Shown: positions 1 through 10,236 of the stretch, one piece after another
How the letters are laid out: each line of letters begins with the position of its first letter
Numbering within the stretch: position 1 is the stretch's first letter
Source: a virus
Taxonomy: Duplodnaviria > Caudoviricetes
Strand: one strand, 5' to 3'
IMG/VR virus record: IMGVR_UViG_3300024346_000005
Length of the DNA: 64,000 nt
Notes under the pieces: generated by a model
Databases searched by the model: none
Told to the model about the DNA's origin: nothing
What the model saw: the letters and a program-made list of their open reading frames with translations, nothing else
Made by a program: the position numbers and the translations under genes

Positions 1-2
1 TT

Positions 3-311
3 GGTCGGGAAGGAAATATTATAGAATTTGATACGACCGGAAATGCCGGATGGGGATATAGTAATAATCAAAATCCTACTGTTACGGGATATCATCTTTC
101 AACAAATTTTTCTTTTGATGATGGATTATGGGCCTTTATTCTTGGCGAAAAAACTGACGGTAATGATGGACCTACGTATAAAACAACAAATGGATATGGA
201 TTTGGTAATTATAATCAAACTGATTCAAGTTCTTCCTTGTATTGGGAAGGATCAAATGTTGCAACTTCTAATTATGTTGGGTTTATATTTACCGGTGATT
301 CTCAAATTTAA
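3..311 (+). CDS. 3' end of an upstream gene (partial), probable virion structural protein
   Basis: Frame 3 is open from the window edge (GREGNIIEFDTTGNAGWGYS...FIFTGDSQI*) to TAA 309-311, with G/N/T-rich composition. It is not in the ORF track because its start lies outside the window. Confidence 0.65.
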   Translation, partial: GREGNIIEFDTTGNAGWGYSNNQNPTVTGYHLSTNFSFDDGLWAFILGEKTDGNDGPTYKTTNGYGFGNYNQTDSSSSLYWEGSNVATSNYVGFIFTGDSQI

Positions 312-342
312 ATCAATAAATAGACTTATATAGGCATAAAGG

Positions 343-3300
343 ATGGCACTTTTAAAAGCTAATACTGGCATAGGAATTACTAATCCAAGCGAGGCTCTGC
401 ACGTTATTGGTAATGGATTGTTTGTTGGTATAGTTAGTGCCACATCATTTATTGGAAATTTATCTGGAACTGCAACAAGTGCTATAAATCTTGTTGGGGG
501 AGAACAAGGATCGGTTCCATACCAATCTTCAACTAATTTAACAACATTTTTATCTCCAGGATCTGCCGGTAATGTTTTAGTTACGAATGGTGTAGGTCAA
601 AATCCCACCTGGTTGTCTCCAAGTGCATTATCTGGTGCCTTCAATGGTGTTACAATTAAAGATGAGGGTTCCATTATTGGGTCTCCAGATACTATTAGAT
701 CCATAAACTTTGTTGGTCCTAATGTTGTAGCAACCGCATCAGGCGTCGGTGCCACGATTACACTTTCTAATGATGCACAATATCTAACAGGAACTGCTCC
801 CGGAAGTGTTATTTCACAGTCCTCTGGATTTAATGTTACTGGTAATGTTACTATTTCTGGAAATCTAAGTGTTGGTGGAACTTCCGTAATCTTAAATGCT
901 GCCACACTTCAAATTAAAGATAAAGATATTGTTGCTGGCATTACGACTAATGCATTAGGGCAGGATGTTTCTACTGATTTTACGGCAAATCACGGTGGTA
1001 TTGCAATTGCATCCACTGAAGGAAGTCCATTATTTGATATTAATGCTGGAGTTGGTACTGATAATATTCCAAGCACATATAAGCAAATTATGTGGTTGAA
1101 GTCTGGTTCTTTTACTGGACTGAATACTGATGCTTGGTTATTTAATTATGCTGTTGGTGTTGGTACTAATCAAATCCCAAATGGAGTCAGATTTGCTGCT
1201 GGTAATGTCCAATTCACACAAAATGATTTAGTATCTGTAAGAAATATTAATGCCTCTGGTGTTATAACTGCAACTCAATTTGTCGGTTCTCTTTCTGGTA
1301 ATGTTACAAGTGCAGATTATGCCACAAGATCAGGTATAGCAACTTATGCAACTAATGCCGGTATTGCTACTAATGCAGGAATTTCTACGAATGTAATCGG
1401 TGGCATTGCTTCCGTAACTTCATTGTCAGTATCTGGCATTAGCACACTTGGAACAGTTAGGATTTCTTCTGGTATTGTAAGTGCAACTACTGGCATTGTT
1501 ACTTATTATGGTGATGGTTCGGGTCTTACTAATATCAACATAGGATCCATTTCTGGTGCAATTGCCGGTATTACTATTCGTGATGAGGGGGTAATAGTAG
1601 GAACATCAAGTAGTGTTACGAGTGTAAACTTTGTTGGTGGTAATGTTGTTGCAACCGCATCGGGTGCTAATGCCACAATTACGATTGCTGATAATCTTGT
1701 AGGAACTGCATTAAGTATTTCTGGTATCTCTACATTCACCAACGGACCAGTATTGATTGGTTCTGGAACTTCAACCGGAACTTTATCACAACCACTACAA
1801 GTTACTGGTGGTGCTTATGTTTCTGGTAATCTTGGAGTTGGAACCACAAATCCAACCTCAAAATTTCACATTATTGGAAATGGATTAGTCAGTGGTGTTA
1901 TAACCGCAACAACATTCTTTGGTAACTTAACTGGTTATGCTTCAACGGCAGGTATAGCAACTTATGCTGATAGAGCTGGTATATCAACCTTTGCAACTAA
2001 TGCAGGTATAGCGACTTATGCCACTAATGCCGGTATAGCAACTTATGCTGATAGATCTGGTATATCAACCTTTGCAACCAATGCTGGTATAGCAACCTAT
2101 GCGACCAATGCTGGTATTGCCACAAATGTTATAGGTGGTATTGGTTCTATTACACAACTTCAAGTCACCGGTATCTCAACTTTTACCAACGGACCCATTT
2201 TAGTTGGTTCTGCAACCTCCACAGGAACCTCAGCACAAAGACTTCAGGTTACTGGTGGTGGTTATGTTTCTGGTTCTGTCGGAATAGGAACCACAAATCC
2301 AACCTCAAAACTTCAGGTTCAGGGTGATGTATCTATTGCAAGTACGGTTGGAATTGGTACTGTAATTGATATTGTTCCTTATGATACTCTCAATTCTGGT
2401 ACTTTATCTTTTGAGGGTTCTGCTGGTCAGTTATTCTCCATTACAAATAACCTGACTTCTGGAAGTATCTTCTCTGTGAATGATGTTTCTGGTATTCCAA
2501 GCATTGATGTTGATGCTAATGGAACCGTAAGTTTAGTTGCCTATGGTGGTAATGTTGCAATTGGTTCCACTGGTCTTACAGGAACCGCATCACAAAAACT
2601 TCAAGTAACTGGTGGTGGTTATGTAAGTGGTTCATTGGGTATTGGAACCACAAATCCATCACAATCCTTACACGTTCAGGGTAATGTAAGAGTTACCGGA
2701 GCACTTTATGATGGTACTAATCTAACAGGAAGTTCAGGGCAAATCTTATCATCAACTGGATCTGCTATTTCTTGGATCAATGCAAGTTCGGCAAATGTAG
2801 GATCCGCAAACTCCATAGCAATTGCTGTAGACTCTACAAATGCTTCAAGATACTTAACTTTTGTTAGTACCACTTCTGGTAATAATTTAGTTTATGTGAA
2901 TAGTAGTCTACTTTTTAATCCTTCAACTGGCGATGCTTCTGTTAATGGTCTCACAATTGGTAAAGGAACTGGAAGTGTAAGTAGCAACACTGCACTTGGT
3001 TATCAGGCACTTTTAAGTAATACTACTGGAATCCAAAACACTGCTACTGGATTTAGAGCACTCTACTTAAACACCATTGGAAACAATAATACTGCTAATG
3101 GGTATGCAGCACTTTATTATAATACCACTGGGCAATACAACACTGCTACTGGATTCCAAGCACTACATGCCAACACCACTGCATCATTCAACACTGCTAC
3201 TGGTTGGCAGGCACTCCGTTTTAACACCACTGGAGTTAGGAACACTGCTAATGGATATGCAGCACTTTATTATAATACCACTGGGCAATACAACACTGCT

Positions 3301-6300
3301 ACTGGATTTTATGCACTATTCTCCAACACCACTGGACAAAATAATACTGCTACCGGAGTTCAAGCACTCTATATAAACACCACTGGAATCCATAATGTTG
3401 CTAATGGTCTATATGCTCTATATGCAAATACCACTGGCAACTACAACACTGCTAATGGTTCAAGTGCCCTTGAAGCCAACACCACTGGAACCAATAATAC
3501 TGCTACTGGGTTTGGAGCACTCTACTCCAACACCACTGGAACCAACAACACTGCTACTGGATATGCAGCACTCTACTCCAACACCACTGGATTCTATAAC
3601 ACTGCTAATGGAGTAAGTGCACTTTATGCTAATACCACTGGAACCCAAAATACTGCTACTGGTTACCAAGCACTCCAAAACAACACCATTGGAGTCCAAA
3701 ATACTGCTAATGGATATAGGGCACTCCGTGCCAACACCACTGGAATCAACAATACTGCTACTGGACAACAAGCACTCTTCTCCAACACCACTGGTGGCGG
3801 CAACACTGCTAATGGATACAGAGCACTCTTCTACAACACCACTGGCGCCAGCAACACTGCTACTGGAGTAAATGCACTCCGAGACAACACCACGTCCAGC
3901 GGCCACACTGCTACTGGAGTAAATGCACTCTATGCTAACACCACTGGAACCAGTAACACTGCTAATGGATATGCAGCACTTCGTTTCAACACCACTGGAA
4001 CCAACAATACTGCTAACGGATATCAAGCACTCCGTGCCAACACCACTGGAATCTTTAACACTGCTACTGGATTCCAAGCACTCTATGCCAACACCACTGG
4101 AGTCAACAATACTGCTACTGGATCTAATGCACTCTTCTCCAACACTACTGGAACCCAAAACACTGCTAATGGATATAGAGCACTTCTTTCTAACACCACC
4201 GGTAACTTCAACAGTGCTTATGGACATCAAGCACTCACAAACAACACCACTGGAGTCAACAATACTGCTACTGGAACAGGTGCTCTTCAATCCAACACCA
4301 TTGGAGGCAGTAACACTGCTAATGGAGTAAGTGCTCTTCAATCAAACACCACTGGAAGCTACAACACTGCTAATGGAGTAAATGCACTCTATAGCAACAC
4401 CACTGGAACCAACAACACTGCTACTGGATTCCAAGCACTATACTCCAACACCACTGGAATCCAAAACACTGCTACTGGATTTGATTCTCTCAGAGCCAAC
4501 ACCACTGGATCCAATAATACTGCTAATGGATATAGAGCACTCTACTCCAACACCACTGGAACCAACAACACTGCTACTGGATTCCAATCCCTCGCCTCCA
4601 ACACCACTGGAATCAACAATACTGCTACTGGATACAGGGCACTTTTTTCCAACACCACTGGAATCTACAACACTGCTAATGGATATGCAGCACTCAATGC
4701 CAACACCACTGGAATCAACAATACTGCTACTGGATATAATGCCCTCGTCTCCAACACCACTGGGTCCAACAACACTGCTAATGGATATCGAGCACTCACA
4801 AACAACACCACTGGAACCAACAACACTGCTACTGGATATCAAGCACTCTCCTCTAACACCACTGGATCCAACAACACTGCTAATGGATATAGAACACTCT
4901 TCTCCAACACCACTGGAACCAACAATACTGCTACTGGATATGCAGCACTCTATGGCAACACTATTGGAAGTGCCAACAATGCTAATGGATATAAAGCACT
5001 TCAAGCAAATACCACTGGAGCAAACAACACTGCTACTGGAACAGTGGCACTCTACTCCAATACCACTGGATCCAACAACACTGCTACTGGTTATTATGCA
5101 CTCTTCTCTAATACCACTGGAACTGTAAACACTGCTAATGGCATCCAATCCCTCCAAAACAACACCACTGGAATCCAAAACACTGCTACTGGTGCAGTAG
5201 CACTCTTCTCCAACACCACTGGATCCAACAACACTGCTAATGGATATTATGCACTTGCCGGTAACACCACTGGATCCAACAACACTGCTACTGGGTGGAA
5301 AGCACTTACTGCCAACACCATTGGAATCCAAAACACTGCTAATGGAGTAAATGCACTTGCTGCCAACACCACTGGAACCCAAAACACTGCTAATGGATAT
5401 AGAGCACTTCTTTCTAACACCACCGGTAACTTCAACAGTGCTTATGGACATCAAGCACTCACAAACAACACCACTGGAACCAACAATACTGCTACTGGAA
5501 CAGGTGCTCTTCAATCCAACACCACTGGAATCCAAAACACTGCTAATGGAGTTCAAGCACTCCTCTCCAACACCACTGGAATCTATAATACTGCTAATGG
5601 TTATAGAGCACTCGTCTCCAACACCACTGGCGGCAACAACACTGCTACTGGAACTGCAGCACTATATTCCAACACCACTGGCGGCAACAACACTGCTAAT
5701 GGATATAGAGCACTTCTTTCTAACACCACCGGTAACGTCAACAGTGCTTATGGACATCAAGCACTCACAAACAACACCACTGGAACCAACAATACTGCTA
5801 CTGGATCAGGTGCTCTTCAATCCAACACCACTGGAATCTATAATACTGCTAATGGTTATAGAGCACTCGTCTCCAACACCACTGGCGGCAACAACACTGC
5901 TACTGGAACTGCAGCACTATATTCCAACACCACTGGAATCCAAAACACTGCTACTGGAGTAAGATCACTTGAATCCAACACCACTGGAAACTACAACACT
6001 GCTACTGGATTCCAAGCACTCTATGCCAACACCACTGGAACCAGCAACACTGCTACTGGATTAGAAGCACTCACCTCTAACACTACTGGGCAACAAAACA
6101 CTGCTACTGGATATTTTGCACTTCGTTTCAATACCACTGGAATTAGAAACACTGCTATTGGATTAAGTGCTGGTTCAAGTATCACAACAGGAAGCAATAA
6201 TACCTTCCTTGGTTATGATGCTCAACCTTCTTCTGCAACAGTATCTAATGAGATTACACTTGGTGATACTGATGTAACTACCTTAAGAGTTCCCGGTCTT

Positions 6301-6618
6301 GGTTTCTATGGTGTAAGAACCAATACAACAGTCGCAACCACTTCTATAACTACCATAGATAGTATTGTAGTTGCGACTTATCGTTCTGCAAGAATACAGA
6401 TACAGATTACTCAAGGAAGTAACTATCAAGTCTCTGATGTTCTTCTCATTCACGATGGAACTACTGCTTCCATTATTGAATACGGAACACTCGCAACAGG
6501 TTCCACATTAGGCACTTATAGTGCTACAATAAATAGTGGAAATGCACTTCTTCAAGTTACTATGGGTAGTGCAACATCATCTGCGGTGAAAGTATTAAGT
6601 TACCGAACTGTAGTGTGA
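343..6618 (+). CDS. Large tail-fibre/adhesin-like virion protein (2091 aa) with GIGTTNP fibre motifs and ~63 x 17-aa repeats
   Basis: Repeated G[IV]GTTNP motifs and the NTAxGxxALxxNTTGxx array. The C-terminal YRSARIQIQITQG...HDGT...EYG domain is typical of cyanomyovirus virion proteins. Late promoter ATAAATA at 316-322. Confidence 0.8.
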   Translation: MALLKANTGIGITNPSEALHVIGNGLFVGIVSATSFIGNLSGTATSAINLVGGEQGSVPYQSSTNLTTFLSPGSAGNVLVTNGVGQNPTWLSPSALSGAFNGVTIKDEGSIIGSPDTIRSINFVGPNVVATASGVGATITLSNDAQYLTGTAPGSVISQSSGFNVTGNVTISGNLSVGGTSVILNAATLQIKDKDIVAGITTNALGQDVSTDFTANHGGIAIASTEGSPLFDINAGVGTDNIPSTYKQIMWLKSGSFTGLNTDAWLFNYAVGVGTNQIPNGVRFAAGNVQFTQNDLVSVRNINASGVITATQFVGSLSGNVTSADYATRSGIATYATNAGIATNAGISTNVIGGIASVTSLSVSGISTLGTVRISSGIVSATTGIVTYYGDGSGLTNINIGSISGAIAGITIRDEGVIVGTSSSVTSVNFVGGNVVATASGANATITIADNLVGTALSISGISTFTNGPVLIGSGTSTGTLSQPLQVTGGAYVSGNLGVGTTNPTSKFHIIGNGLVSGVITATTFFGNLTGYASTAGIATYADRAGISTFATNAGIATYATNAGIATYADRSGISTFATNAGIATYATNAGIATNVIGGIGSITQLQVTGISTFTNGPILVGSATSTGTSAQRLQVTGGGYVSGSVGIGTTNPTSKLQVQGDVSIASTVGIGTVIDIVPYDTLNSGTLSFEGSAGQLFSITNNLTSGSIFSVNDVSGIPSIDVDANGTVSLVAYGGNVAIGSTGLTGTASQKLQVTGGGYVSGSLGIGTTNPSQSLHVQGNVRVTGALYDGTNLTGSSGQILSSTGSAISWINASSANVGSANSIAIAVDSTNASRYLTFVSTTSGNNLVYVNSSLLFNPSTGDASVNGLTIGKGTGSVSSNTALGYQALLSNTTGIQNTATGFRALYLNTIGNNNTANGYAALYYNTTGQYNTATGFQALHANTTASFNTATGWQALRFNTTGVRNTANGYAALYYNTTGQYNTATGFYALFSNTTGQNNTATGVQALYINTTGIHNVANGLYALYANTTGNYNTANGSSALEANTTGTNNTATGFGALYSNTTGTNNTATGYAALYSNTTGFYNTANGVSALYANTTGTQNTATGYQALQNNTIGVQNTANGYRALRANTTGINNTATGQQALFSNTTGGGNTANGYRALFYNTTGASNTATGVNALRDNTTSSGHTATGVNALYANTTGTSNTANGYAALRFNTTGTNNTANGYQALRANTTGIFNTATGFQALYANTTGVNNTATGSNALFSNTTGTQNTANGYRALLSNTTGNFNSAYGHQALTNNTTGVNNTATGTGALQSNTIGGSNTANGVSALQSNTTGSYNTANGVNALYSNTTGTNNTATGFQALYSNTTGIQNTATGFDSLRANTTGSNNTANGYRALYSNTTGTNNTATGFQSLASNTTGINNTATGYRALFSNTTGIYNTANGYAALNANTTGINNTATGYNALVSNTTGSNNTANGYRALTNNTTGTNNTATGYQALSSNTTGSNNTANGYRTLFSNTTGTNNTATGYAALYGNTIGSANNANGYKALQANTTGANNTATGTVALYSNTTGSNNTATGYYALFSNTTGTVNTANGIQSLQNNTTGIQNTATGAVALFSNTTGSNNTANGYYALAGNTTGSNNTATGWKALTANTIGIQNTANGVNALAANTTGTQNTANGYRALLSNTTGNFNSAYGHQALTNNTTGTNNTATGTGALQSNTTGIQNTANGVQALLSNTTGIYNTANGYRALVSNTTGGNNTATGTAALYSNTTGGNNTANGYRALLSNTTGNVNSAYGHQALTNNTTGTNNTATGSGALQSNTTGIYNTANGYRALVSNTTGGNNTATGTAALYSNTTGIQNTATGVRSLESNTTGNYNTATGFQALYANTTGTSNTATGLEALTSNTTGQQNTATGYFALRFNTTGIRNTAIGLSAGSSITTGSNNTFLGYDAQPSSATVSNEITLGDTDVTTLRVPGLGFYGVRTNTTVATTSITTIDSIVVATYRSARIQIQITQGSNYQVSDVLLIHDGTTASIIEYGTLATGSTLGTYSATINSGNALLQVTMGSATSSAVKVLSYRTVV
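1951..2121 (+). repeat. 27-nt (9-aa) tandem repeat, GIATYA[TD][NR]A
   Basis: GIATYADRA-GISTFATNA-GIATYATNA-GIATYADRS-GISTFATNA-GIATYATNA. A shorter copy lies near 1315-1390. Confidence 0.85.
2986..6198 (+). repeat. 51-nt (17-aa) tandem coding repeat array, 63 units
   Basis: First NTALG codon at 2986 and last full unit NTAIG at 6148. The distance 3162 = 62 x 51 exactly. Consensus AAC ACT GCT AMT GGA nnn nnn GCA CTY nnn nnn AAC ACC ACT GGA nnn nnn. Confidence 0.95.
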
Positions 6619-6652
6619 TAAATAAGTAAACAAATCATTTCACAAAACAAAA

Positions 6653-6991
6653 ATGGCAAAGTACTCTGAAAATTGCGACAAGACCTTATCAAAGGCAGTT
6701 CCTACCGTAACTACAAATGGTATTGTAAAGTCTTGGGAACTTGAAGTAGTATATTCTTATCCTGCTGCTGGTATCAACACGACTGATACTCAACTTCGTA
6801 GAAAGTATAACGAAACCGAACAGGTTGAGTATCTTGACAAGACTCCACAAGAGTTTACCAAGGCTGAGTTGTTCTCATTCCTCAATATCTCACAATACGA
6901 TATGGTATTTGACTCTACTTATGAGTCGGTGGTTCTTCCTCCTACAGAAAATAGAGATACCTCATTCGACCTCAATACACTTTCTGATTGA
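6653..6991 (+). CDS. Hypothetical protein (112 aa), possible fibre accessory/chaperone
   Basis: Clean ORF directly after the fibre with its own late promoter ATAAATA at 6618-6624. No recognisable motif. Confidence 0.6.
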   Translation: MAKYSENCDKTLSKAVPTVTTNGIVKSWELEVVYSYPAAGINTTDTQLRRKYNETEQVEYLDKTPQEFTKAELFSFLNISQYDMVFDSTYESVVLPPTENRDTSFDLNTLSD

Positions 6992-7007
6992 TTTTTAATC
7001 TAATATT

Positions 7008-7742
7008 ATGACTAAAGAATATAAAGGTTTTGCGACCGTTGAGCAACAAGAAGAAGTAAAAGTAAGAAGAGTTCTTATCGGCACACCTGCTCTGGACGGT
7101 AAAGTTCAGGCTTGGTATGCCGATTCTCTTTCCAATTCAATCAAAGTATGTGCCGGAAATGGAATTGATTTGCAACCAGTCATTTTAATTGATGAGAGCA
7201 TTCTGCCAATGGCACGAAATGAACTTCTAAACATTGCATATCAAGATAACTATGAGTCTATTGTTTTTATTGATGCAGATCAAGTATGGGATGCAAGAGC
7301 ACTTTTAGATGTTATCAACTCCCAGCACGATGTAATTGGTCTTCCTGTGGTATCAAAGACTGATGAACCGGGAAACTTTAATGTAAAACTTAAAGGTATC
7401 GACCAAATTGAAAAAGACGAACAAGGAAACATTAAGGTTGATGCAGTAGGAACTGGATTTCTAAAACTTTCCAGAAAAGCACTCGAAGCACTGTGGAACT
7501 CAAATCCAACTACATTGTTTAGAGGAAAAGAACTTAAGTTAATTTGTGAGTATGCAACAAATTATAATGAGTTTGTTGGAGAGGATATTTACCTCTGCAC
7601 TAAACTCAAAGAACTTGAGTTTGATATTTGGATCAATCCAAATGCAACCTGTGCTCATATTGGAAGTAAAGTATGGATGGGAAACTTTGCACACTTTCTT
7701 GAGTTTCTAACAACACAACAACCTGAAGAAATTCAAGAATGA
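7008..7742 (+). CDS. GT-A fold (GT2-like) glycosyltransferase
   Basis: VLIGTP...ARNEL...FIDADQ (DxD)...VGTGFLKLSR...GEDIYLC...HIG pattern. Confidence 0.75.
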   Translation: MTKEYKGFATVEQQEEVKVRRVLIGTPALDGKVQAWYADSLSNSIKVCAGNGIDLQPVILIDESILPMARNELLNIAYQDNYESIVFIDADQVWDARALLDVINSQHDVIGLPVVSKTDEPGNFNVKLKGIDQIEKDEQGNIKVDAVGTGFLKLSRKALEALWNSNPTTLFRGKELKLICEYATNYNEFVGEDIYLCTKLKELEFDIWINPNATCAHIGSKVWMGNFAHFLEFLTTQQPEEIQE

Positions 7743-8536
7743 AACAGTTTTATTTCTTGAGTGGTGTTCCTCGTAGTGGGAGCACCGTTTTTGCTACTTT
7801 GATTTCACAAAATCCAAATATACATACCACTCCAACAAGTCCGTTGTTAGATTTACTTCTAACAACCAAACCAACTTGGAAACAGGTATCTACATTTCAA
7901 ACAAATACACACCCAGAACAATACTCAAATATTGAAAGAGGTATTATTTCTGGGTGCTATCAGCACATCAAAGAACCGATTGTATTAGAAAAGCATCGGT
8001 CTTGGGCAAAGTATGGTTCTTATATTCAATCTACATTTCAAACAACTCCAAAGATTATCTGCACCACCAGAAGAATCAGTGAAGTTTTAGCATCTTTTGT
8101 TTCTATCATCAATAAGTCAAAGAAGATTACTTATATTGATAGAGAACTGATGAATACAAATAAACCAGTCAATAATCAAACAAGATGTAGATTATTATGG
8201 GAGAATTATATCAGTGTTCCTTGGAAGAGTTTAAAGATTGGATATGAAACTCAAAGAGAACACCTGTGCTTTATTGATTATGAAGAGATTGTAAACTCAC
8301 CAGAAGAAACACTGAAGAAGGTTTATGAGTTCTGTGAGTTAGAGTATTATTCTGGGCACTACTTTGAGAACTTAAGTAATCCATCACCAGAGAATGATGA
8401 TGCTTATGGTATTCAAGGACTGCACGATGTAAGAAAGAAACTTGGCAGAACCAGTCCAAAACCAGAAGATGTACTTGGTGAGGAATTGGTTGAGTATTAT
8501 GATTCTTTGAAACTAGAATTTTGGAAGAATAAATAG
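7739..8536 (+). CDS. PAPS-dependent sulfotransferase
   Basis: N-terminal 5'-PSB loop LSGVPRSGSTV, plus EKHRSW, R...S 3'-PB-like TRRISEVLAS, and YEEIVNSPEETLKKVYEF. Confidence 0.85.
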   Translation: MKQFYFLSGVPRSGSTVFATLISQNPNIHTTPTSPLLDLLLTTKPTWKQVSTFQTNTHPEQYSNIERGIISGCYQHIKEPIVLEKHRSWAKYGSYIQSTFQTTPKIICTTRRISEVLASFVSIINKSKKITYIDRELMNTNKPVNNQTRCRLLWENYISVPWKSLKIGYETQREHLCFIDYEEIVNSPEETLKKVYEFCELEYYSGHYFENLSNPSPENDDAYGIQGLHDVRKKLGRTSPKPEDVLGEELVEYYDSLKLEFWKNK

Positions 8537-8561
8537 AAATAAGAAAAGATATTAGAAATAA

Positions 8562-8996
8562 ATGCCTGCGAATCGTATTGGTTTTAGTACAGACTTTGTT
8601 CTAGTTGATAGTAGAATTGGTATTGGGACGGCAAATCCAACATATAAACTACAGGTTGTTGGTGATTTTGGTGCTACTACCAAGTCATTCTCCATTCCTC
8701 ACCCAACAAAACCGGGACTGACTTTAAGACACGGTTCACTTGAAGGACCTGAAAATGGGGTTTATGTTCGTGGCAAAACAACAGAGTCTATTATACCTCT
8801 ACCAGATTATTGGACTGGTCTGGTTGATGAGGAAAGTATTAGCGTGAACCTGACTCCAAAGAATGGTAAGTTGCACAGTGTTGTTGGGATATCAAGTAAC
8901 ATAGTAGAGATTGAGTGTGTTGGTGGTGAAATTGATTGTTACTTTATGATACTTGGAGAAAGAAAAGATGTTGCGAAACTAGTTGTGGAATACTGA
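8562..8996 (+). CDS. Short fibre-like protein (GIGTANP motif plus conserved fibre C-terminal domain)
   Basis: RIGIGTANP followed by TKSFSIPHP...LRHGSLEGPENGVYVRG...LPDYW...GERKD, a C-terminal module seen on phage fibres. ATAAATA at 8529-8535. Confidence 0.65.
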   Translation: MPANRIGFSTDFVLVDSRIGIGTANPTYKLQVVGDFGATTKSFSIPHPTKPGLTLRHGSLEGPENGVYVRGKTTESIIPLPDYWTGLVDEESISVNLTPKNGKLHSVVGISSNIVEIECVGGEIDCYFMILGERKDVAKLVVEY

Positions 8997-9010
8997 GGGG
9001 ATAAAATAAA

Positions 9011-10222
9011 ATGTCTGCCATACACGGAGTAAACTATGGGGCACCCACACTAGATCTTAACTTTGCCAAGAACAAGAGTCTTATTGATACTGTAACTGGT
9101 AGAAATCTTATAACTTTTACTAGATCCCAAACAGCAAGAGAAGCAACTTATGTGGGTGCTGATGGTCTTATTAAGACTGCTGCTGCTAATGAACCAAGAT
9201 TCGATCACAACCCGACAACGGGGGAAAGCCTTGGGTTGTTAGTGGAGGAGGCAAGGACGAACATCATCGTTAGTTCATCGGTCTTCAATACGGGCTCATG
9301 GACCGAAGACGGTGTTGTACTAACTGCCAATGCTGGTGTGGCCCCTGATGGCACAACAACGGCAACGTCTGTTTCACAAGGAACAGGAAGCAACCGTTGT
9401 TATCACTTTGATAACAATGGAGCTGGCTCCAAAACTTTGACTGTTTTTGCTAAATCAAATGCAGGAAGTTCCATTACACTTTCTGGTAATTTATCTTATG
9501 GCACAAATTCTATTGGATCTGCTGTTTTAAACACTGCTAATGGCGCTATTTCCACTGCCTTGGGATGCTCTTCTGTTGCATTTCCCAATGGATGGTATAG
9601 ATTTATTATTCCTATTTTTGTAGGCGCTGGATCAGGCAATTCAAACTATTTAAGTATAACTGGACCCGCGTCATCAGTCTTTCTCTGGGGCGTACAAATT
9701 GAAGCAGGCTCCTTCCCCACCTCCTACATCCCCACCACTTCCGCCACCGTAACCCGCGCTGCTGATGTGGCGAGCATTACGGGGACTAACTTTTCAAGTT
9801 GGTATCGGCAGGATGAGGGGACTGTTTTTTGCCAAGGCATTAGCAATTCCGTGTCTAATAGTGCCTACTGGACCCTGCAAGGTACTTCGTCAAACGGAGC
9901 ATCGGTTCTTGTTTATCCTGCAAATAACTTGACCTATCAAGTGGTAAATAGTTCATTCCAGGTTAACTCATCTTTTGCTTCATATCCTGCTGTCGCTAGC
10001 GTTAAAACAGCAGCGGCAATCAAGTTAAATAATTTTGCAGTTGTTGCCAATGGGGGAACAATAACGTCGGACACGTCTGGGACAGTTCCTGCTGCAACCA
10101 GTTTCGTGATCGGCAATTATCTAGGCGGTGGCACGTCTTATGACTATTCCGGCACCATCGCCCGCCTCACCTTCTACCCAACAAGACTTCAAGATTCTCA
10201 GTTACAACAACTCACTAAATAG
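9011..10222 (+). CDS. Virion fibre/spike protein with carbohydrate-binding-like and ConA/LamG-like modules (paralogue A)
   Basis: LDLNFA...FTRS...PRFDH...GLLVEEARTN N-terminus, then NGWYR...WGVQIEAGSFPTSYIPT...TRAAD and a C-terminal beta-sandwich ending IARLTFYP. Confidence 0.7.
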   Translation: MSAIHGVNYGAPTLDLNFAKNKSLIDTVTGRNLITFTRSQTAREATYVGADGLIKTAAANEPRFDHNPTTGESLGLLVEEARTNIIVSSSVFNTGSWTEDGVVLTANAGVAPDGTTTATSVSQGTGSNRCYHFDNNGAGSKTLTVFAKSNAGSSITLSGNLSYGTNSIGSAVLNTANGAISTALGCSSVAFPNGWYRFIIPIFVGAGSGNSNYLSITGPASSVFLWGVQIEAGSFPTSYIPTTSATVTRAADVASITGTNFSSWYRQDEGTVFCQGISNSVSNSAYWTLQGTSSNGASVLVYPANNLTYQVVNSSFQVNSSFASYPAVASVKTAAAIKLNNFAVVANGGTITSDTSGTVPAATSFVIGNYLGGGTSYDYSGTIARLTFYPTRLQDSQLQQLTK

Positions 10223-10236
10223 AATCAAAAAGATAT

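Noticed and set aside
28-333. ORF-track 101-aa ORF
   Set aside because: The overlapping frame 3 (3-311) gives a more natural structural-protein sequence and ends just before the late promoter.
3077-5962. Long alternative-frame and antisense ORFs over the 17-aa array (e.g. 3460-4341 -, 4438-5556 -, 4382-5128 +)
   Set aside because: These are shadows of a stop-poor tandem repeat. They give low-complexity S/G/V or T/P/L/M translations with no RBS or promoter.
2986-6198. CRISPR-like array
   Set aside because: The constant and variable parts are short codon blocks within one open frame, with no 25-45-nt unique spacers and no cas genes. The 32980 nuclease is the usual phage exonuclease.
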